In this document: positions 12,464 to 24,688 of the stretch, piece by piece | Numbering within the stretch: the stretch's first letter is position 1 | How the letters are laid out: the number at the start of each line of letters is the position of its first letter | Notes under the pieces: model-generated | What the model saw: only the letters and a program-made list of their open reading frames with translations | Told to the model about the DNA's origin: nothing | The model's database searches: none | Made by a program: the position numbers and the translations under genes | Assembly (NCBI RefSeq): GCF_964213995.1 | Contig: NC_135817.1 | Coordinates: forward strand, 42,842,001-42,906,000 | DNA length: 64,000 nt | Source of the DNA: Mustelus asterias | Lineage: Eukaryota | Direction of reading: 5' to 3'

Positions 12464-14103
12464 GGGCCCGATTTTACCATCAAGTTGCGCCCATTTGTAG
12501 GTGCAAAAACTTGGTAGAGTCAGGTGTGAGGTGAGAAGCGCGATCCGCGCCCGCCTCCGCGCTGGTTCCCCCTTTACCAAGGTCTGAAAATGCATGCATT
12601 TAAATTGACTTAATGGGCTGCACGCCAAACCTTACTGGCACTTCCCCCTTTACCGCTGCGTTCGCCCATCCAGAATCAAAGCAAAACAGACATCCTCTAC
12701 AAAAGTCCCACTCGTGTACTCCAGCTAGTGAGAGGGTAAGTGCCGAGTGTCCGACGACTCTCTGCTTGAGATCGGATGGGGGGGTGGGGGGACGGGGGGG
12801 GGACGGGGGGACGGGGGGACGGGGGACGGGGGGGTGGGGGCGGTGAGGGGGAAGGTAGGACCGATGGCTCTCTGCTGGAGATCAGTGTGGGGGGGAGGTG
12901 GGACCGATGGCTCTCTGCTTGAGATAGGTGGGGGGGGGGGGTGGGGGGGGGACACCCACTCCACTCTGCTTGTGATCAGTGAGGGACATGGGGGATCCAC
13001 TACCACTCTGCCTGTGATCAGTGAGGGGGAAGGGGGATCCGTTGCCACTCTGCCTATGATCAGTAAGAGGGAAGGGGGGTCTGCTGCCATTCTGCCTGTG
13101 ATCAGTGAGGGGGAAGGGGGATCCGCTGCCACACTGCCTGTGATCAGTGAGGGGGAAGGGGGGGATCCGCTGCCATTCTGCCTGTGATCAGTGAGGGAAG
13201 GGGGATCCGCTGCCACACTGCCTGTGATCAGTGAGGGGGAAGGGGGGGATCCGCTGCCATTCTGCCTGTGATCAGTGAAGGAAGGGGGATCCGCTGCCAC
13301 ACTGCCTGTGATCAGTGAGGGGGAAGGGGGGGTCCGCTGCCACTCTGCCTGTGATCAGTGAGGGGGAAGGGGGATCCACTGCCACTCTGCCTGTGATCAG
13401 TGAGAGGGAAGGGGGGGTCTGCTGCCACTCTGCCTGTATTAGTGAGAGGGAAGGGGGGTCTGCTGCCCCTCTGCCTGTGATCAGTGAGAGGGAAGGGGGG
13501 TCTGCTGCCACTCTGCCTGTGATCAGTGAGAGGGAAGGGGGGTCTGCTGCCACTCTGCCTGTGATCAGTGAGAGGGAAGGGGGGTCTGCTGCCACTCTGC
13601 CTGTGATCAGTGAGAGGGAAGGGGGGGTCTGCTGCCACTCTGCCTGTGATCAGTGAGAGGGAAGAGGGGTCTGCTGCCATTCTGCCTGTGATCAGTGAGG
13701 AGGGTGGGGGGGCGGGGGGGTCCGCTGCCACTCTGCCTGTGATCAGTGAGGGGGAGGGGCCTGTGATCGGTCTGGGTGGCGGGGTGGTGGAGGGATAAGA
13801 GGGTCAGTAATGTTGTGGGGGTGGGGCAATGTCTGTGGGGGCCATGGGGAGGCATTATCCGGCCTGGGAGCAATGTGGCATGGGAGCCGCTCCAACTGTG
13901 GCAGTTGGAGGCGCCGATCGGAGCTGCAGGATTTCGGGTGCGTTAAGTCCCACCCACAGGCGTCTGCAGTGCGATTTGGAATTGCTGATATTTTTTCAGT
14001 CAGAGTGCAAAGGGACCTCAGAACGGGTCTAAATGTCGGATCTGAAACACTCCCAGTTTCAAGTCAGCCCAGCACTTAGAATCAAAATGGTAAAATAGGG
14101 CCC
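12464..14103. mobile_element. Non-autonomous Harbinger element containing a 42-bp minisatellite
   Basis: 17-bp TIRs GGGCCCGATTTTACCAT / ATGGTAAAATAGGGCCC (16/17 match). Perfect 3-bp TSD ATG (12461-63, 14104-06). Confidence 0.9.
12950..13770. repeat. Minisatellite, ~42-bp unit, about 19-20 copies
   Basis: Unit TGCCTGTGATCAGTGAGGGGGAAGGGGGATCCGCTGCCACTC. It produces the 14-aa periodic ORFs in the track. Confidence 0.95.
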
Positions 14104-14139
14104 ATGTTCTCCATGCTTATTTTAACCTTTTCTAAAGAT

Positions 14140-14375
14140 CAGAATAAGAATTTGAACTTAAATTTGCTTTAAATATAATAAAACATTGCAGAGTACTTCA
14201 CAGAAGGATAAAGCTGCCAAAAACTGACAACACATGAAAGAAAGAGACCACCAAAGTGACCAATACCTTAGTCAACGAAAGGGTCCAATGAACATCTAAG
14301 GAGGAGAGTGAGGGAGAAAAGAGGAAGGATTGGGGAAGGAATTTCAGAGCTTACAGATGAAGATAGTGAAGATAT
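14140..14375 (-). mobile_element. Old L2-type LINE 3' fragment
   Basis: Degraded L2/DeuSINE-type tail, with gtgaccaataccttagtc..aggaatttcagagc. Confidence 0.45.
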
Positions 14376-16583
14376 ACCATACTATAGATAGATTGAAACT
14401 AGTAAGAACTTCATGCAAGGCTCGTAACATTTGGGGATATTGACAACAGAATAACCAGGAGTGACAGTGTGGGATATGGAGCACTGGAAGGGTAGATTGA
14501 ATTGTGTAGGAGCCCGGAAGTGGTGCCAGGTCCAGTTAGAACAGGGGTGGTGTGCCAGCGGATCCAGCATGGGATATGGAGGTTGGTGAGGATGGGTGGG
14601 TGGGTGGCGGGGGGTGTGGGGGGTTAGTGTGGTGGAGGAAGGGAGGGTGGTGCAGTGGTGGAAACAGTAGGACAACTACAAACCTGCCCGGCCTATGAGT
14701 TTGAGACTGACATTTGGCTCTTCCTGGTTGCTATTCCAACATACATTCTGCCACCAGTTTTCAAGACACTTGTCCACATCTTCAACACTCTTACAGTGCG
14801 CTTAGGGTTGTTTCTATTCCAGGAGCGGAACCAGTATAATTCTTCGGGGAGCCCAGGAAATAGCAAGGCTGTGTATTGTTTTCCATCCTCATTTCCTCTA
14901 TTTCCTATGCCATCTTTCTCACTTTCAGGCCGTATTTCTTTCTCCTTTTTTGACAGCCAGTGAGACTCGCTGAAAAGTAGCACACCTGAATAATACATGT
15001 AATAGTTGCCCACACTCCCCGTCTGTGGGAATCATGGCACAATTCGCACCAGCGTATTTCTGAGTTCTGACCTTCCTGGCTCCTCGCTGGCGGAGTGGCC
15101 TGAAACATGCCGCGGGACCACAGAAAGCTCATTTAAATACATTAGCATGTTATTAGCGAGCACTCTCTCCAGGACTTCCCATCTCACCGGATATTCAGTG
15201 GGCGCTGGCATAACATCACGCTGGAGCCATTTACAACAGTTCCACACAAGCCTGAATCAGACACCTTCATCTCCGAGGGGAGCTCGGAGGTAAGCGCTCA
15301 GGAAGCCAGCGCCCTCCGAGTGGTCACAGCTCAGGGTTCACCAAAGAGGATGCGGGGGACATGGATGAATGCAACACATGCCCACAGGGATCGGTGTGGG
15401 GATACCAGAATTGCCATATCTGGGGGAGGGGTCCACAGGGGTCACTTGTAGACCTTACCTTCCCTTCATTTCAGGACATCTCTTGCATTGAACCAGTTGT
15501 GAAGGCTGGTATGCAGGCAGCACTTCCCGTTTCCTCCTTGTTGGGTTCATATCACAGTTGAAGGAGTGCTCTTCCTTTGTGGGAGCTGGCCAAAGGCTAG
15601 GAGGGTTTGAAAACAAGAGACTCAGCACTGGGGGTGACTGTGAGTAACCCAGGTTGCGTCCCATGAAAGGCTGGACTGTCAGGGTACAGTAGGGGTATCA
15701 GGAACAGATTACATCTCTCCTCATGTGGCCTGGAGGATGACTGCAGTGTGATTGGAACCCACACTCAGTCAGCAGTGTGAGGACAAAGGGGAGAGGCTCC
15801 TCGGAAGGCCAAAACCAATTGTCAGGGCATGCAACAGTAGCTCTCAATGGGCCATGGAAGACTGTTCACCTCTGTACCTTTTGTGACCTGGGAGAAACAG
15901 GGTGCCCTCCACGAATGCGCTGGATATGCTCATTTCTGGCCTCATGATTCAGCTATGCCTTGTTTGTCACAAGAGGAAAACACTTGGCTGTATAGCCACC
16001 CCAGCCTCTCCTTACCAGTGGTTATGCCAATAAATGGTGTGCAGCCAAAAACCACTGCCATTTAGTGGAGGCCAACTGTTAACCCTTCGCAATCTGACCT
16101 CCCAGGCATTGAGCTGACATTCCCAGTAAGGATGCAACATTGCACAGATGACACTGATGTGCCCCCCCCCCCCCACCCCTGCCCCAACCATGCAAGGTGT
16201 GATGGTGATGTCTGTCATCACGCAACCCAATCGAGGTCATGACGGAATGCATCACGAGTTCCCCACTCAGGATGCAAACTCTGGTCACAATCGACTGCCC
16301 GCTAATGTGACACCAGATTTCTTTGAGGGGGCTTGGGGCTGGGGGAATGCAGGTATTTGATGCCACTGAGACCCTGGAGGGTCCACGCGCTCCATCCTGC
16401 TGGAGTTGACAGGGACAATGTGGAGATGTGGAGGGTGTGAGGAACAGCTTTGAGACACCTACTGAGTGTGCTGTGATTGTGTGGTAGTCCCAGACGAATT
16501 GAGGGAAGAGGTTCAAGACTCTCTCACAAACCCTTATAGCTTACTGTGGCTTTCTCTTCTTTACAGTGCAGGTTTGGAGGATC

Positions 16584-16952
16584 ATGGAGCTTGTCAAGTT
16601 GGCTATTCCCCTTATTGGCACAGAGCAGTGGCAGAGACACCGACATGCCATGGCATCTGGCCAAGCCCAGTGCCCTGCGAAGAAGGGAAAGGTTGGACCT
16701 GTCGTTGTTCCAGGAGCAGCATGCAAATGCATAGGCAGCAGCCAAGGGTATTCCAACCTTGGTCATCGTACCTGCAGATGTCAAAGATGCAATGCCGTAG
16801 AAGGCTGTGTCTGTCCCGGGGAATGATGGACCCCCTCTACCAAACCCTGCAAGAGCTGGCACCACACGGAATGGAGGAGCACTCGCTGCCTGTGGCCCTT
16901 AAAACTCACAGCTGTTCTGAATTTCTATGTGAGTGGCTCATTCCAGGGCAGC
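16584..16952 (+). pseudogene. Harbinger (HARBI1-like) transposase N-terminal remnant; DDE domain deleted
   Basis: PRVFQPWSSYLQMSKMQCRRRLCLSR..LPVALK, then a frameshift into AVLNFYVSGSFQG. Confidence 0.85.
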
Positions 16953-17299
16953 TGTTGGGGGGGGAGGGTGGGGCGAGTTTTGATGGAGTTTCATGGAGGG
17001 GGGGGCAAGAGAGAAGGTTCACACTCCCATGGTTAGGAGATGGGCTTGGTGGGGGGTTGGGGCGGGGGGGGGGCATTGTTTGTGCGTGCCAGCAGCAGCA
17101 TGTCCTTACTGCATCGCCAGTGTGGGAGGGACATAGCGCTGCCATTTTCACACTGCACAGGAATGAGGCACCAGTTGGATGCGATGGTTCCCCCAAGGTT
17201 GATGGCATGAACAGATAGGGTGATGGTTCTGTGGGTGAACAAAGTAAATTTTAATGCCAAACATTCGACCTATCTACACTAGCGCCTATATTCATCCAT

Positions 17300-19019
17300 G
17301 CCCACTAAGTGTCTACGGCTTCTTAATCCACCTCGCCCTCACCGAGGATCCACAGCTGAGGTTGAGGCGGCTTGCTGACTTCACGCAATTTTGTTAAGGT
17401 GACCTTGGCAGGCATCCACTGGGAGGCCGGAACTTTGTGGGTTCATGCCTGCTTTTGGGCAGCACGGATGTTTGACTGCTTCCCTCCTCAGTATCAGGAG
17501 TTGGAGGTATGTCACTCACATGAAAGGGGGTGGCAGATGGGCTCGACAGCCCCAGGGTCCCCTGTGCTGAATGATCCCGGGCTGTACTCCTGATGATCCT
17601 CTTCCTTTCGGGTTCCCAGGGGCCCCTGTGCTCCTCCATGGCATTGAGAGGCAGCTGGAGTGAGATCAAGGAGCCCCACCATCCTCTGGTACTGTGGATT
17701 CCCACCAGTGCTTGCACCGTGTAGTCAAAGCCCGGCACCATGGAGTTCATGCCCTCTGCCATGTAGGTCATGAGTTGAGCCATGGTGCAGACATTTCCTG
17801 CCATGGAGTGCACGTCCTGCACCAAAGTCTCCACTGCAGATGCTACCGATGCTATGTTGGCCTCATTGCACTACAGTGATGGCACCATCTCCTCGGAAAG
17901 AAGGTGATGGGTTTCCTCCAATTGCTTTGCACTCCAAGAAGGGCTGCTGTCATCCCACCCTGATATGTGCGACTCTGCCTTTGCAGCTGTGGGACAACTG
18001 GGCCCAGGGGCACATTATAAGCCAGGGGTCCAGCAGGGTCCTGGGTTCTGACATCCCTCCGAGTGCCGGTTCCCTGGGACCTCCCTTCTTCCACCTGCTG
18101 TGGATCTTCAGCTGTGAGGTGCTCACCAGTGAGTGACCCAGAAGCCTGCCAACGTATTGGACCCACGCTGGTGTCAGGTGCAGTGACAGCTGTAATGATG
18201 GGGTCGGAGAAGTCCCCCTCTGAGCTGGAGTTTGGTGGGCCCAAGGGGCACAGTCTGGCTTATTCCACTAGTTGGCCTGCAAGGGAAGGGACATGGCATC
18301 AGTGCATTACAGGGAATACAGAGGGAACATTGATTTCTGGCTTGAGACTTGAGAACTAACAGCATTCGTGTTGAGGATTCTCACATTTCTCTGCTGCCCC
18401 CATTTCACTAACATGGTCTTCGTCCTCCCCGGCCAGCTCAAGGGATCACTCCTCAAAAACACATGAAGGTTCGGAGCTCAGGTATGACTCCAGCTGGCTG
18501 TGCCCGCTCGCGCTTGCTGTGGTTCAGTTTGTCCTGCAATGACACAGAGAGAAAGGGTGTAGGTGGAAGTGTTGACATTTAAGATGCTGATGAGGTGTGG
18601 CAGGCGTGGGGCTTTTGGGGAGCAGGAGTGTAAAGAGAATAGCAGCTACTGGGGGAATATTTTAATTGTGGGAGGGAGGGGGAACCTTACGGCTGGTGTT
18701 GACAAAGGCCAGAGTGTCTGAGTGATGGAAAGGGTTTGGAGTACAAGGGTTGCGTGCGGGGGTGCAGTGGGAGATTGGGGGTGGTTTATTTACCCTGGCT
18801 GTGCGAAGAAGATCATTCATCTTCTTCCAACACTGTTGCACTGTTCTCTTCTGGAGTGCACTTGTGCTGGCCAAGGCTGCTACTGCATCCCAGGCGGGGG
18901 CGGTGGCACTCTTGGAAGGCTTTCTCCTGGATCGGGGATAGATTGTGTCTCATCTCTGCTCCACTCTATCCAGCATCCTGGTGAGGCCCCTAGTGCAGTG
19001 CCAGCTTCTTGCCTGCCAT
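17300..19019 (-). pseudogene. Harbinger Myb/SANT-like gene remnant (exons 19019-18794, 18533-18385, 18276-~17300)
   Basis: LDRVEQR*DTIYPRSRRKP..AWDAVAALAS..RTVQQCWKKMNDLLRTAR | DKLNHSKRERAQ. GT-AG sites are intact, with stops and frameshifts. Confidence 0.85.
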
Positions 19020-20015
19020 CTCCTGCAGTCGGTTTGGAACAAGTGTGGAGGAGTGCTGGGGTATCATTTATCTGGAGCTCCCCAGTGCTTGCAGCAGTTA
19101 ACTTGTTGCAAGTGGGTGAATCAGAGGGAACACACCGTAAGTACGGCATGATACCCGTGGGCATAAAAATGATTATTAATGAGGCATAAGATTTGGTCCA
19201 AAAACACGCCGGAGAGAAACATTCTGTTTTTTGCGCCGGAACCAGCACTCTGCATTTTCTGATAAGATTTTGCCCATCATAAATGAATAATAGTTTAATA
19301 GTTGGTGCCATGAAGGGACTGGAGGAGGGATAGATAGCTAGAAAGAAACCCAACTACAGGTTTCCAAATTATCCCACTAAAACTAGCTACAAGACATATT
19401 TGAATTTTTTCTCTTCAGGTTTCCCATTTGACAATCAGCTAATGATGGGCTGACTGTTTTATGTGTAGGAAAGCAGCTGAGGAGGATAGGATGGGGTGGG
19501 GAGCAGAGGGTGTGGGATTCAGAGATCATAGGGGTGGTGAGCACTCAGAAATCCCAGCGGTTAAGCCTTCGGAAATAATGGGTGAGGTGAGGAGATTTAA
19601 AGATTGAAGATCCTTATGGATCCTTTCATCCTCTTATGGATCCTCCTTTGGATCCTCTCATATCCTTTTCCATGGCGGGATCCCTAAGCCCCCCAAAAAT
19701 CGGACCTCCATGGGTTAAAAGAAATCTGTTAAACAAAGGTTCAAAAACTCTTTAAAATATTTCAGTGACTGACTCACCTCCAGAGAGCCAATTGGCTGTT
19801 TGCCCAGATCCACCTCTGTTAAAACCGGAAGTGGGTGGGTTGAAGTTGGATTTGAGATTTAAATTTGTTTTACCTCACTCCCACCCTTACCCACCCATCA
19901 ATAGGAGTTATCATTCTCCCACATTGTACTCAAAAATAGCGGAAATGCTTCCTGCCCCCTCAAGCAAATAATTGGCCACACTTCTGTTGGCCACCACCTC
20001 TCCCCTACCGCAAAT

Positions 20016-20339
20016 CATAGAGTAGAATCATAGAATCCTACAATGCGGAAGGAGGCCATTCGGTCCATCGAGTCTGCACCGACCACAACCCCACCCACAA
20101 CCCCATGTATTTATCCTAGCTAGTCCCTCTGACACTATAGGCCAATTTAGCACAGCCAATCCACCTAACCTGCACATCTTTGGACTTTGGGAGGAAACCG
20201 GAGCGCCCGGAAGAAACCCACGCAGACACGGGGAGAATGTGCAAACTCCAAACAGACAGTCACCCCAAACCGGGAATTGAACCTGGGTCCCTGGCGCTAT
20301 GAGGCAGCAGTGCTAACCGCTGTGCCACCATGCCGTCCC
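20016..20339 (-). mobile_element. HE1 SINE, near full length
   Basis: tRNA-derived head with A and B boxes, V-domain, and a CR1-derived tail ending in (ATTCTATG)n. Confidence 0.92.
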
Positions 20340-20844
20340 AGTCCTCGTTCCTCAGTGCTTGATCTCCACCTAACCCATGATCAATCTGTCCATCGCCCCA
20401 TCCAATTGTCCAATCCCGAACTGCAATCCCTAATTTCCATTTGCTCCACGCTCAATGCCCCTCGCCTCTTCACTCTAATTCCCAATGTTGCCTGAACTAT
20501 GATTGACCTCCACTCCTCTCCCCATTGCAACCCCCAACCTCTGGAATGCCCCAAAATAACCCTGCTCGCTGACCTCTCACCTGCTCTATGAATGACTTTG
20601 ATACCCCATGAATTTTGGATTAACCCATGATTATCAGAGATCACCCTCTGAGGGTCCTCGGCTGAGCCATCCCATCACTGGTTTCCCCACCTGGCTGTCA
20701 GCCAAGCAGGAAACAGGAAAAATATTATAATGGTGTTTTGCCGTTGAATTGACAAGGCCTTCATTCATTTGCTTAGCCTCAACAAAATGCCAGCCCTCCC
20801 CTATTACTGCATTCACCCACATCACCTCTGGCCTCTCTATAAAC

Positions 20845-21830
20845 ATTGGCGCTGAAATTTCCTAGCCCTTTGCTAGGTGGCTGGAGGGAGAGAGGTGTGA
20901 TTGGGTGTGCAGGTGGTGCATGGGCAGTGGGTGGAATGATAAGGGAGGGCTAGGCCATGACAGCACTCCAACACAGCATTGATGCTGGGGAACACTCCTG
21001 AGGTGGGCTAGAGTGTGTGTGGTTTTGCCATGTAGGCAGCATTTGCTGCAGACAGAGCAGACCCCTCACTGTGTACTGATGCCAGATGCTCCATAGCCCA
21101 AAGTGGGAACTGCAGGCAAAAAAGGATGCTCCACCACTCCCAGTGGTCTAACAGTTTTGCTCCTCATAATCTTTAATTTAGATGCGTGCCTTCTCTATGT
21201 TGAGGCACCCTCATGGACACTGACCTGTTCGAGCCACTCCTGGAGAGGCTGCTGAGACTCCAGAGCTGATTGGGCCAGCAGCATTTATGGCCCACCCATC
21301 ATCCAAACAAAATAGGATGCTGAACAAAGATACTGCCAATCTGGAGGCTATCTCTGGGAAGCTTGCTGCCAGCGAATGTGGGCTCAGAGGCCTCAGTTAG
21401 TCCTGACGATCAATCTCCCAAAGCACATTGGGAAGGATTTTCCACTCCCGATTTCAGGGAACGGGAATGGGAAGGGGCAGAGAATCTTGTGGTTCCCAGT
21501 CCCAAAACAGCTTTTACACTGGCATTTCTCCAAATCGATTGTCCCCACTCTCACCAATGATGTAACAGGAAGCCTACCTTTACATGAGGGCATGCCAACA
21601 GGTCCCCCATGATGTGTAACTGGTGAGCAGAACCGCTGGAGGTACACAAGTGAGTACAGAACCCAGGAGTGAGAGGATCATGCCTGGGCAGTACTCTGGC
21701 ACTTAACCCTGGCAGTGACCAGGCAGTGCCGGGCATAGCGCCAGGGGAATGCCCAGGCAATGCCATAGGGCAGGGGTGTTTCTATGTTCTTTTACATCGG
21801 GGCACCCTTTAAAAAGAGTATGTCAGCATG
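20845..21830. mobile_element. Degraded GC-rich Harbinger-derived repeats
   Basis: TIR-like ggcgctgaaatttcc at ~20848. ggcagtgcc motifs are shared with 4924-5933. Confidence 0.45.
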
Positions 21831-21984
21831 TGACATAGGAGGACAGATGGCAGAAAACCTGAGCATATTTTGCAGGTAACTCTCTAATTGCTGAAGCAAG
21901 CTAAAGTCACAGCTGACAAGGAAACAGGGCGGCTTCTCAGCCAAACTGCAGAACGCTGGAATCTCAAAACTGACTACTCACCAT

Positions 21985-22080
21985 TTTAAAAATTCCTTCA
22001 CAGGATGTGGATGTCGCTGGCTAGGCCAGCATTCATTGTCCATCCCCAATTGCCCATAAACTGACAGGTTTTCTAGACCA
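21985..22080 (-). mobile_element. L2/CR1-group LINE extreme 3' end
   Basis: ggatgtggatgtcgctggctaggccagcattcattgtccatccccaattgccc, a LINE tail recognised from memory. Confidence 0.55.
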
Positions 22081-24688
22081 TTTTTCTCTCATTTAGTAGC
22101 GAATAAATTCACTCTTTCTTTAACTCAAGTAAGCCTAGTTAAACCAGCTCTCTTTAAAACATATATATTGGGCTAGGAAATGCTATCCACAAGGGACGTG
22201 ATCCTTTTTAAATGAATCCTGTTCTGATCAATCAAGGGAGTTGAATAAAGAAAGGGAACAAATTCATTCTCTCTCAAATTTGGGGAACTTCAAATATATT
22301 GACACACTAGAGTTTTTTTTTGCGTCATTCTTTGGAATTCCACTCTGAAGCTGAAAAGTTTGCAAGCATTCTGTGAGTCAGTGTATTCAATTATGTGAAT
22401 GGGGGGAGGGAGGGGTGGGGGTTCGTTAAGTACAGTAAAGGTCTGTTGAATTTTAATCATTTCTCAAAGGGCAGAATTTTGCGCTCCCTCCAAGGTGGGT
22501 TCTGAAGTGGTGGGGGTTGTTAGGTTGAATGAATAGTGTTCCTCCCGGGATTTCACATTTGAGTGGGCAGGTCCTTGGGCAGAAAACCCACCCATTCACC
22601 TATTAAGACCCTTAAGAGGCCACAGACTCAATATTTAGGCTGGTAGGAATGGTTGCAGGTAAGGTGGGAAACTGAGGAAAAAGCTTTTCGCCTTTTCAGG
22701 TGGGAAGGCGAGGGGGCACCTCATTATGAAGGCCTCCTCGTTGCCTCCCCCTGTGTTGGAGTTCTGTGATGACACACTCTACTGCCCTACTCCCCACCTC
22801 CCCCCAGAAAACCTCATACCCAATCCCAACCATATGAGTTTATTGGAATTGCAATTCAAGATTGGATTTGCAAAAACAGGTGAGCTGTTAACTGTTCTTT
22901 TGTAGAAGTGCACTATCTTTTTTAATTGTATCTTTCTTGGACAAGTGGTGTGAGACTGACATAGCATAGATCTTTCAGGTCCAGTATGGAAATAAATAAT
23001 TCTCTTTGCTTGAACGTGCAAAAGCCTGCTACTGGCACTTTAAAATGACCATACCCGAACCAGGGTTTGGAAACATACACATCTAACTTATCAAAAAATA
23101 AACCACACATATTGCAGACAAAAAATAAGGGAATTGGGAATTTCAGTTTATCTCTCCACCCCCGTCTGTAAAAATGTAATAAACCAAAAGAAAACCTTTC
23201 TGATCAAAAATTAAAAGAGGCAACAGCCCTTTATAAAAACCATGTTCTACTCCTGTATCCATTTTCAAATGAGGGATCCTTAGTGTGGGCGAGAAAAGCA
23301 TGTGATATATTTAAATAACATGTTATGTATAATAAAACCTGCACTTACCAAGGCAGTTTTATTCACTGGATCTATGGCACATTGCAAACCATGTAGAGTA
23401 GTCTGTGCATTCAGTTTTGCAAACTGCACCTACCTCTAAGAGGACTCTGTGTTGTGCTTGTGGACCTTCGCAATTTTGGACACAAGTACTACGAAGAGCC
23501 TTTTCGTTACTGTCTGCAAACTTCGATATACCCCCTTCAGTATTCTCATCAAGCTGCACACTTCCCTGAAAACTGAAGTGACATGTTTCATTTATTGATC
23601 ATAACTGTCCAAAGTTAACTACCAACATTGATCATTACACTACATTCAATTCACTATTTTCTATTTTATCCCAAGGTATTTCATCATATCCACTAGTGAG
23701 GCACTGTATGAACTTGTTTCTAAAAATCAAGGTCAGCTGCCCATCATTCCAGTGCAGTCTTTCCAATGAATTTGTTGCATATGAGCTGTCCCTGATGTTT
23801 GTGTCATCTTAGTATCTTTATCTTGATTAAATACATCTGTATTGTTTTATTTTATTTCAATATTTTCCCAATAAATATGCCAAGTCAACAAGTCGATGAT
23901 TAATTAATATTTTTTTCTTATTTGCACTGAAAAAAGCTAAACTTCCTATATTGCTATGTTCAAAAAGCTGCAAAAAATCTCTGTGTTCCCCTACTACTAC
24001 TCTTATTTTCTTAAATGCTTCCGGATTAATTCATTTAGTTATGATGCTTTATGAATGTTCAAGTAGATTTTTGTGGATATTTCATCACTAATTCCTCCTG
24101 TATTTCAAATGTCTTCTTGCATTCAATTGTTGAGAAGATGAAAACAGTGAAAACAATTTGTCATTTGAGATTTACATCTTGACTTTCCAACATAGCATAT
24201 ACATCTTGCCTTTTCTAAGCTTTCCCCCACCTCTCCTGAAGGTACAACTCCTGATAGGTGGTCTGCCCATGGTAGATACTGAGTGAGTTGGAATGCAAGG
24301 GCAAAGAGTGGTGGTGGGGGCGGGGGGGGGGGGCGGCGGTGCGGGGGGGAATGGGTTGATACAGCCCTGTGGCTGCCTCTGAACTCTTTCCAGGGTCTTA
24401 GGGCTGAAGAACTGGGGCACTCTCTCCAAGTTATATTTACAGAGTTGGGATTTTTTAATGAATCTGCACCTGACTCGGGAGCAAAGATGCCATTAGTTTG
24501 AAATTGCTATGTGTGGCTTTAAGAGTCCAGATGAATTTGATTGCAAAACTGGCTTGATGCCTGTAACAGTTCCTGGCAGATGTGTTTAAATTACTTAACC
24601 CTCACTTTATTGACCATCAGATTCTGAATTATTGACTTTATCAAAACAGTTGTTTAAATAATTGTGCATTGTGTTCATTTAGATTCTT

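Larger units (their letters stand above)
15036..19274. mobile_element. Defective two-gene PIF/Harbinger transposon (convergent transposase and Myb genes)
   Basis: Degenerate TIRs ggcacaattc / gattttgcc, both flanked by CAT. HARBI1-type remnant on the + strand and a 3-exon Myb gene on the - strand. Confidence 0.8.

Noticed and set aside
12725-13873. Long periodic ORFs (AADPPSLSLITGRV / GGSAATLPVISERE); also considered as a CRISPR-like array
   Set aside because: By-product of a 42-bp minisatellite. There are no unique spacers, no cas genes, and the context is eukaryotic.
16466-17218. 250-aa ORF as an intact gene
   Set aside because: Only the middle part is Harbinger transposase. It frameshifts before GSFQG and lacks the DDE domain.
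19605-19665. GGATCC-rich short tandem duplication
   Set aside because: Local slippage repeat at a MITE fragment, with no further structure.
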